In this document: piece by piece, positions 48,526-54,413 of the stretch | Layout: every line of letters begins with the position of its first letter | How positions within the stretch are numbered: the first letter of the stretch is position 1 | Notes under the pieces: generated by a model | Database searches by the model: none | The model's input: the letters and a program-made list of their open reading frames with translations, nothing else | What the model was told of the DNA's origin: nothing | NCBI GenBank assembly: GCA_905612505.1 | Contig: CAJQSH010000031.1 | Span: 1-54,413, forward strand | Length of the DNA stretch: 54,413 nt | Reading direction: 5' to 3' | Source of the DNA: an uncultured Candidatus Pelagibacter sp. | Lineage (GTDB): Bacteria; Pseudomonadota; Alphaproteobacteria; Pelagibacterales; Pelagibacteraceae | Translations under genes and position numbers: made by a program

Positions 48526-48991
48526 TTTTTCCCTCTATGAAATGTTTATTGTCAGACAATATTTGTTTCATTTTCAGCTCTAATTCTTCAACTGAAAGAT
48601 CGTCTAAACCATCTGTATTTTTGATTATTTGTTTATCAATATAATAACCGGCAACCTTACCTCGCAACTCTTCTGCACGTAAAGCAACACCGACCATTTT
48701 ATTTTCTTCTGCAACTTGGCCTAAATAATTAAGCCGAGCCATATGTTTGTCAGGATCAATATGATTTTTAATTCTAAAATCTTCCTTAAGTTCTCCGATA
48801 TATTTAACAACGTGTGGGCATATTCTTGGGTTTAATAATTCGTATGCGCGCTGATAACTACTGTCTGGCGAGTAACCAGCTTTCATTGCAACCTGTGTAT
48901 TTGTTAAGCTTGAATTGCCATAATGATTTTCTACGTATAGCCTAGAAAACATCTTCTGCATTTCCGTTAACGTCTTGTTTATTAACTTCAT
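48512..48991 (-). CDS. terS: Phage terminase small subunit
   Basis: LTEMQKMF...TQVAMKAGYS...AYELL HTH pattern, RAEELRGKVAGYY; AGGAGG RBS at 49001-49006 places the start at 48991. Confidence 0.82.
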   Translation of the reverse strand: MKLINKTLTEMQKMFSRLYVENHYGNSSLTNTQVAMKAGYSPDSSYQRAYELLNPRICPHVVKYIGELKEDFRIKNHIDPDKHMARLNYLGQVAEENKMVGVALRAEELRGKVAGYYIDKQIIKNTDGLDDLSVEELELKMKQILSDNKHFIEGKNDEN

Positions 48992-49011
48992 CTTTTTTTT
49001 CCTCCTTTTTA

Positions 49012-50892
49012 TCAATTACGTTTAGCTTTCGTAATCTTGTTAAATGTTTGTAGATTGTTTTTTTTTGCGATGCTTATGTCTTCATGTTCAGCTAATTCTT
49101 CTGCTGAACGTATTCCTGAATTATAAAGCTCTATGATTTTAAAATCCTCCTGCTTTAGGTCAGGATATTTAGTCCAAACACCACTGTCATTCATGGTTAA
49201 TAGACATGTCTTATCAAACCCACTTCCACCAAAGTTTCTTGCTTTAGCTACTTTTAATCTGCACTGAACTGATTTGGTACCGCCCATATCGAAACGTTGA
49301 TCTGGATTTAATCCTTCAACAACTAAATGAGTGTCTAACATTCTTTCTTTAGCACTTGAGCCGCTAGATGTTCCAGTAGATTTATTTGAATGATGCACAA
49401 ATATATTAGGTATGCCTTTAGCTTTTAACATGTTTGTCCATTGCGTTAATGGTGTCCAATCAGAAGCTCTGTTTTCATCTATGTCTGCAAGAGCTGTAAT
49501 ATTATCAAGAACTAAAAATGGAAAGTATCCAGTTGTATTAAAAATATTATTACAAACATTTTCAATTAACTTTCTACCTTTACGTCCATAATCAATTTGA
49601 TCTCCAATAGACATTCTACTAACAGCAATAGGATCAAATCCATAAGGTAGTCCATGCAATTCTAAATCATCGCGTGTTAAAGAAAAATCCCATTCTGCTC
49701 TATGTTTTTTATCTTTCTCTAAATAATCATTTAAGATTACAAGCTCACGATCAACAAAGCTTTTACCACCTAACTCTCCCTCTACGTGGAAGGTAGGTCT
49801 AGTTTGATCTACTGTATAATCTAGAAAATTATGACCACTGTTAATGGCTTTTAATGCTGCTTGCATAAATAAAGTTTTACCAGCACCAGACTCTCCAGAT
49901 ATTTCATTACAACTTCTATCTGTGAATATTGGATTTAAGATATAATCTACCTCTGGATATTTACATAAGATACGTGTCCTATAATCAACTAATGGATAAT
50001 TAATCCACTTACTTTCATCATCATTACGTTCAGCTTCTTTATCTTCAGTACGTTTTAATTTATCAAAAGATTTAAAGTTGCCCCCTAACTCTTTAGCAAG
50101 CGCATCAATACCTACAACATTATTAGGATCATTCTTATAAGCTTCTTCCTGTGCTTTATATTTGTTAAGTCTATTATCAACTTCTTCGTCATTAGTAATT
50201 TCCAAGAAACGTTTAACGAATTTCTTTTTAATACTTAACGTTAAGTCTGTATGTTTTGCTAAAGCACCAGCTAATAAAAAATGAGCTTTATCTCTGTTTC
50301 CTTCCGCTGGCCAATAAGACTCTAATTCAGCAAAGAACGTTGCTAGCTTCAAATGATTAACTATGTCGTTTGGATCAGCTTCTACAGGCTTTCTAGAGTC
50401 TATTACGGCTCTGTCTAGGCCGTCAAAGATTGAATAACCAGCAGTTAATAACTCAACTTTTTTACCTTCTATTGGATCGTCATAGCCATACTGTTTAGGC
50501 TTTACGTCTTTAGGACATGCATAAAGTTTATGTGTTGGAATGATAACACCATTAACTGGTTTTCCAATTGTGTAAGTATCGGGAAAACAATTAAAATATT
50601 TATTAACATTAAAAGTTTTATCATCGCTTTCTGCATCAAAGAAACGTTGGCCAGCAGCATTAGATTTTTCTGGATTATGATAAACAGCTAAACGTTTATT
50701 TTTTAATGCATTAGCTAATTCTGCATCACTCCATTCATAACCAGCTTTAATATTCCATGTCCATTTACCTTTTGCATCTTGTTTGCAAACGGGGTGTTTA
50801 TCTTTTGACTTATCATTAGGATTATAAATTGCTGGGGTTAATGACATGCCCCAGCTTTTATACATTTGTATTTTAGTAATATTCTCGTCCAT
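49012..50892 (-). CDS. Replication protein: primase-like N-terminus plus AAA (RecA/RepA-like) helicase; C-terminus probably shifted at an A9 run
   Basis: Walker A GESGAGKT, Walker B LVLDN, VHHSNK and GSSA motifs; alternative HTH-like tail in another frame ending at 48942. Confidence 0.8.
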   Translation of the reverse strand: MDENITKIQMYKSWGMSLTPAIYNPNDKSKDKHPVCKQDAKGKWTWNIKAGYEWSDAELANALKNKRLAVYHNPEKSNAAGQRFFDAESDDKTFNVNKYFNCFPDTYTIGKPVNGVIIPTHKLYACPKDVKPKQYGYDDPIEGKKVELLTAGYSIFDGLDRAVIDSRKPVEADPNDIVNHLKLATFFAELESYWPAEGNRDKAHFLLAGALAKHTDLTLSIKKKFVKRFLEITNDEEVDNRLNKYKAQEEAYKNDPNNVVGIDALAKELGGNFKSFDKLKRTEDKEAERNDDESKWINYPLVDYRTRILCKYPEVDYILNPIFTDRSCNEISGESGAGKTLFMQAALKAINSGHNFLDYTVDQTRPTFHVEGELGGKSFVDRELVILNDYLEKDKKHRAEWDFSLTRDDLELHGLPYGFDPIAVSRMSIGDQIDYGRKGRKLIENVCNNIFNTTGYFPFLVLDNITALADIDENRASDWTPLTQWTNMLKAKGIPNIFVHHSNKSTGTSSGSSAKERMLDTHLVVEGLNPDQRFDMGGTKSVQCRLKVAKARNFGGSGFDKTCLLTMNDSGVWTKYPDLKQEDFKIIELYNSGIRSAEELAEHEDISIAKKNNLQTFNKITKAKRN

Positions 50893-51137
50893 TACCTTAC
50901 TCTGCCTCCTGCTTTATATTTCTTCTTAAGATCAATTTCAGACTTTAAGAATTCAGAGAAACTTCCTGAATAACCTTCTTCCTTCATTTCTTCCCATTGA
51001 GATTTTAATGAATCCATTAAGTCAGGCATGAGATCCATTACTGCATCGTAAGGATCTGTATAATCAGAAGCTAACTTCATGATTTCATCTTTTTCTTTTA
51101 GGTCGCCTTTACCTTCTAAAGCTTTAAATATTTTCAT
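50892..51137 (-). CDS. Small acidic satellite protein ending in YKAGGRVR
   Basis: 81-aa ORF with TAATG coupling on both sides. Confidence 0.75.
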   Translation of the reverse strand: MKIFKALEGKGDLKEKDEIMKLASDYTDPYDAVMDLMPDLMDSLKSQWEEMKEEGYSGSFSEFLKSEIDLKKKYKAGGRVR

Positions 51138-51580
51138 TAGTAAGGGATCTCCTCTCCAAAAAAATTATCTTCTTTAAAAGGATTTTCTCCATACTTTTCA
51201 AGATCACACTCATGATAGTACCAATCAGGATCGTACTTACCTTTGCTGCTTTGAGTAAAGATATTATCCTGACATTCGCCGCATAATGCAGAAATATCAT
51301 ATTCTTTTTTATGCCATTCATTTTTTAATGATGACTGCACAGCATCTGCAGATTTAACACACCAAGTGCATTGCTTCTTACTTTTAACGTAATGAACTGC
51401 TTTCTTTAATTTATTAAAAGAAATATTTCTTTCAATACCGTCTGACCATATAGACGTAAAGTTTTCTGGTTTATTTTTGAAAGTATGAATGTGTTGTTTA
51501 ACACTCTCTACGTTAAGTTTAGGTGCCTTCTTCATTAAAGAATATAATTCTCTAATGGCTTGTTGTACTTTTGTTTTCAT
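51137..51580 (-). CDS. Putative zinc-finger protein, first gene of the replication/packaging operon
   Basis: CTWC ... EYDISALCGECQD; GGAG RBS at 51590-51593 places the start at MKTKV (51580). Confidence 0.75.
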   Translation of the reverse strand: MKTKVQQAIRELYSLMKKAPKLNVESVKQHIHTFKNKPENFTSIWSDGIERNISFNKLKKAVHYVKSKKQCTWCVKSADAVQSSLKNEWHKKEYDISALCGECQDNIFTQSSKGKYDPDWYYHECDLEKYGENPFKEDNFFGEEIPY

Positions 51581-51593
51581 TTTCTTATTCTCC

Positions 51594-51632
51594 AATAAAA
51601 AACCCGCTAATTGCGGACACAATCAACGGGTT
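51594..51632 (-). terminator. Intrinsic terminator immediately upstream of the replication-operon RBS
   Basis: Minus strand AACCCGTTGATTG-tgtccg-CAATTAGCGGGTT-TTTTATT: 13-bp stem with two G-U pairs and a U tract. Confidence 0.7.
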
Positions 51633-51859
51633 AGTTAATTTTGAATATTACTAATGTGAATAGATTCTATAATAGAAATTTATAAACTCAACAGATACAT
51701 TAATAATATTGTCCGTTGAACTTTTATTTTTATGGAGTGTTATGTTCAGAAACCTCGCATGGTTTTTAAGATACCAAGAAATCTATATTGATACGAATTT
51801 ACAACATGAAGAGTCTGTACGTCAAATTATATTTCACTAAAAACATTTTTATTTCATAC

Positions 51860-51874
51860 GTTCGATTAACGTTC
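51860..51874. promoter_or_regulatory. LexA-box-like site in the satellite control region
   Basis: GTTC-gattaac-GTTC (N7), upstream of candidate promoter hexamers (TATAAT 51826-31; TTGACG 51820-25) on the minus strand. Confidence 0.5.
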
Positions 51875-51883
51875 CTCAAAACG

Positions 51884-51931
51884 TAATTCATCGTACATAT
51901 GACTCACTTAATTCATCGTACATTTCGTACA
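51884..51931 (+). repeat. 15-bp direct repeats (iteron- or operator-like)
   Basis: TAATTCATCGTACAT at 51884 and 51909, partial TTCGTACA at 51924; TCGTACA again at 52083. Confidence 0.75.
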
Positions 51932-52102
51932 GTTGATCGCGGTGCGCTGGATTGAACTATGAAAACACCGTGACTTGGAGAGGCCTATTTCAGTTGGGTG
52001 TACTGCTCTTATTCGTGAACTTCTTCCATTCTCTGCTTATCCTAGAGAGAAAGAGAGAATTATATATTTCTACAATTCTCTCTCGTACAGTAATAGAAAC
52101 AG

Positions 52103-53107
52103 CTACCCACTATTTTTAATCTTATTAGCCAAGTATTCGCCCTGCAATTTAGAATAATGCTTACGTAAAACGTTAACATCTTTATGACCAGTTTGAGTTG
52201 CTATGTCTAACAGTTGCCAATCGTTCTCCGCCGCTCTAGTGCAGAATGTTGCTCTAGTACAATGGAATCTTTTAGATACACCCGCAGCATTTCTACATGT
52301 TTCCCAATAACGAAAAAATGCATCACCTGATGTTGCTGTTATAACTCTTCCGTCAAGTGATCTAGGGAGCTTCTTAATTTCCTCTATGACTCTAGCAGAC
52401 AATCCTATTGTTCTATTTGTTGTAATGTTGGTTGGATTTTTTGTATCTTCTAACTTTGCTGTATGTTTAGCAAAATCAATATTGCGATACTTTAAGCCAA
52501 TCATTTCAGATCTTCTTAAAGCACAATCAATGCCCAACATGATAGCCGCCTTCAACCAAACAGCCTTTGAGTCCGCCGCATGTTTTAACAATGCCACTTC
52601 TTCATCTCGTGTGATTACTTCTCCTGAATAATCTGGCTCTTTAAGTATCTTAATACGTCTAGCTACATTTGATGGTAAGTACATATCAAGATCATCCATA
52701 GCATAAGCAATAGCCATTGAGATAACTGATATATATTTATTACATGTTGAAGGGCTAACAGTAAGCAACTGATCCTCCCGGAACTTCATTAGCTTTAGTT
52801 TGGTCAGCTTAAATAAAGTGTTGTCACAAACTTTATGCCTACATATTTTATTAATACGATAGCTTTCAGTCCTGAAACCTTTTTTATTTATTGCTACACG
52901 ATCTCTATATTCCAGCATCAATTCTCTCAAAGTCATACGTTGAGATTGTGAAACGTTAATATACAAACCCTTCTCTATATTTACCTCGGTTTCCCGCGAC
53001 CACTCTTGGGCGGCCTCTTTGTGTAGGAAACTTTTAGTAATGTGTGGACTATCATTTCTTCTAATCATGACCTGCCATTTCTTGCCGTGCTTTCGGATTA
53101 CAGACAT
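52103..53107 (-). CDS. int: Tyrosine recombinase / phage integrase
   Basis: Catalytic set intact: R (ALRRSE), K (DTKN), HxxR (FHCTR), H (TGHKD), Y (KHYS); N-terminal arm-binding-like KWQVMIRR; GAGGAG RBS; about 90 bp from the att repeat. Confidence 0.95.
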   Translation of the reverse strand: MSVIRKHGKKWQVMIRRNDSPHITKSFLHKEAAQEWSRETEVNIEKGLYINVSQSQRMTLRELMLEYRDRVAINKKGFRTESYRINKICRHKVCDNTLFKLTKLKLMKFREDQLLTVSPSTCNKYISVISMAIAYAMDDLDMYLPSNVARRIKILKEPDYSGEVITRDEEVALLKHAADSKAVWLKAAIMLGIDCALRRSEMIGLKYRNIDFAKHTAKLEDTKNPTNITTNRTIGLSARVIEEIKKLPRSLDGRVITATSGDAFFRYWETCRNAAGVSKRFHCTRATFCTRAAENDWQLLDIATQTGHKDVNVLRKHYSKLQGEYLANKIKNSG

Positions 53108-53197
53108 ATTTCTCTCCTCGTTGTGTCATGAGTGTGTCAAGGAATGTGAGAATGTTAATTGCGATAGCTATACTGCGATAACTAACAGCGGACAGCG

Positions 53198-53239
53198 GGC
53201 TTATGAGTCCTGCGCTCTAACCAACTGAGCTACCCCGCC
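53198..53239 (-). repeat. att copy 2: tRNA-Met 5' half (acceptor 5' strand through anticodon arm)
   Basis: ggcttatgagtcctgcgctctaaccaactgagctaccccgcc, 41/42 identical to 43166-43207. Confidence 0.95.
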
Positions 53240-54163
53240 TTAACGTTTTGGTTCAGATCTGGTTCAAACATTTTAACCATCCTTACAAAACAATTAATAA
53301 CAGAATAAATACAATAATCCTACAGTAAATAAAGCCTTATTTTAGATTCAAATTTGAATTTTGCTTGGTATTGAGAAACTGTTTTAATTCATCAAGCTTC
53401 TTTAAAGCTGTAGTTTTATCAATTAATTTTATTTCTTTTTAACCATTAGGCATAATTTAAAAAAAAATTAGCTTAAATTAAAAATATAGAAATACAGCAC
53501 ACTAAAATGAATGGAAAGTTGCATGAAGAAGTTAAGAAACTAACTGAAGAGAATGTTTTATTAGAGAAGGTAATAAAAAATTAGGAATTTACAGAAAGTA
53601 ATGCCTATAACCTTTTTTATGATGTTGATTTTAATGTTTGTTATTATAAGTTATACTAATGGCTAAAAAGAAAAAAGTTACAAAGAAAAAAGTTAAAAAG
53701 AAAAATGATGTACTGTGGTTTTCAGTTCTTGTAGCATTAATTGTAGCTGTATTAGCTTCTTCTTAAATGACTAAAAAAGTTTTTACCATTTAAGGTAACC
53801 TACAAGTAGTTCTTTTAACATCTACAAAACATATTACATAAACTGTATCAAATATATTATCACCGAAACTTTTATATAGATGATATTGAACATTATTATT
53901 ATTAAGTAATAGACCAGATAACTACTCAATAAGATTTTATAAGAATATAACAACTCTTGTGCGATGTGGTTCAAATGTGGTTCAAAGTTGAAAAAAAAAT
54001 AAAACACAAAAACACAGAACATCATATTTTATGATACTTATTTATACAATTACCGGTTCAACAACTCCTGTTGTTAAGTTAATATTACCAGTAAGAATTG
54101 TTAAATTTTAAATTTTTCCTTAAATTATGAGTCCTGCGCTCTAACCGACTGAGCTACCTCGCG
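53201..54163. mobile_element. 924-bp integrase-less mini-element or remnant stacked at the same tRNA site
   Basis: Bounded by tRNA 5' halves (ttatgag at 53201 and 54125); paired TGGTTCA repeats near both ends (53249/53260 and 53967/53978). Confidence 0.65.
53659..53766 (+). CDS. 35-aa Lys-rich single-pass membrane peptide
   Basis: MAKKKKVTKKKVKKKNDVLWFSVLVALIVAVLASS*. Confidence 0.5.
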   Translation: MAKKKKVTKKKVKKKNDVLWFSVLVALIVAVLASS

Positions 54164-54173
54164 ACTTAATTAT
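54125..54173 (-). repeat. att copy 3: decayed tRNA-Met 5' half plus 10 nt of leader
   Basis: ttatgagtcctgcgctctaaccgactgagctacctcgcgacttaattat matches 43169-43217 with two acceptor-stem changes; identity starts exactly at the 7-nt anticodon loop. Confidence 0.92.
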
Positions 54174-54182
54174 CGTTGATTA

Positions 54183-54211
54183 ATAATAGATTTTTATTTT
54201 AGTGCAATCAA
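54183..54211 (-). promoter_or_regulatory. Displaced (probably original) tRNA promoter
   Basis: TTGATT-gcactaaaataaaaatc(17)-TATTAT, about 20 nt upstream of the orphan tRNA half. Confidence 0.6.
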
Positions 54212-54413
54212 GTATTTGTCTTAATTTAAATGGTCAAATAGAATTTGTGCAATTTTTGCATGACCGTTTTGATTTAAATGCTCATCTATTATAAAAATAT
54301 TTTCTTTATTTAGTGAAATTTTCAAAAATTCTATATTATTAAAACCTTTTTTATTCATTGGAAAATTTTTGATTATCATATGAGGTTCTTGAATGAATAA
54401 AATTATAATTTTT

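Larger units (their letters stand above)
43166..53239. mobile_element. Integrated capsid-less phage-satellite (PICI-like) element, 10,032 bp between att copies, inserted in tRNA-Met
   Basis: 42-bp direct repeats 43166-43207 and 53198-53239 (one mismatch); tyrosine integrase, primase/AAA helicase, small terminase, no recognisable structural genes. Confidence 0.88.

Noticed and set aside
51581-51622. ORF-track N-terminal extension of the Zn-finger gene (start 51622), and likewise terS (start 49015)
   Set aside because: The extensions run through the terminator hairpin or RBS; Shine-Dalgarno sites point to starts at 51580 and 48991
1517-53228. Short ORF-track entries antisense to or overlapping real genes (e.g. 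1517, 4847, 7448, 7993, 8289, 11336, 14165, 15920, 16504, 16750, 17580, 26763, 27871, 32188, 37059, 39548, 40858, 46436, 47032, 51124, 51975, 52386, 53019)
   Set aside because: Shadow frames of well-supported genes or control regions, with no recognisable motifs
43166-53239. Complete prophage
   Set aside because: Only 10 kb between att sites, with no recognisable capsid, portal, large terminase, tail or lysis genes
53834-54025. 63-aa minus-strand ORF in the mini-element
   Set aside because: Low-complexity AT-rich translation that crosses the TGGTTCA repeats, with no clear RBS; cannot be supported as a gene
53198-54163. Additional or split tRNA genes at 53198-53239 and 54125-54163
   Set aside because: Only 5' halves, with no T arm or 3' acceptor strand nearby; copy 3 has acceptor-stem mutations; best explained as att remnants

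Overview
AT-rich alphaproteobacterial chromosome segment whose gene content and compact spacing strongly suggest SAR11 (Pelagibacterales). 1-43.1 kb is mostly core and semi-core metabolism: class II DAHP synthase, glmS, an acetyltransferase-only glmU, prpDBC, nrdAB (with candidate NrdR and LexA boxes), phosphomannomutase, a sulfonate-desulfonation and sulfur-export cluster (xsc, suyAB, YeiH, two TauE, a deleted SulP), an SxtI/J/K-like carbamoyltransferase trio, dusA, rpoZ, glycosyltransferases, a polar amino-acid ABC transporter, a speD-speE fusion with mtnP-mtnA-aldolase-apt, and rfbB. Several genes are broken, which is unusual for this lineage. From 43.1 kb there is a tRNA-Met(CAT) gene and, on its 5' (upstream) side, a 10,032-bp capsid-less phage-satellite-like element: tyrosine integrase, Zn-finger protein, primase/AAA helicase, small terminase, and twelve small cargo genes in promoter-headed cassettes. 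The element is bounded by a repeat of the tRNA 5' half, so it appears to supply the tRNA's 5' half and promoter. A second, 924-bp integrase-less segment with its own terminal repeats is stacked behind it and ends in a third tRNA 5' half. All calls are from reading the sequence and motif recognition; no searches were run.
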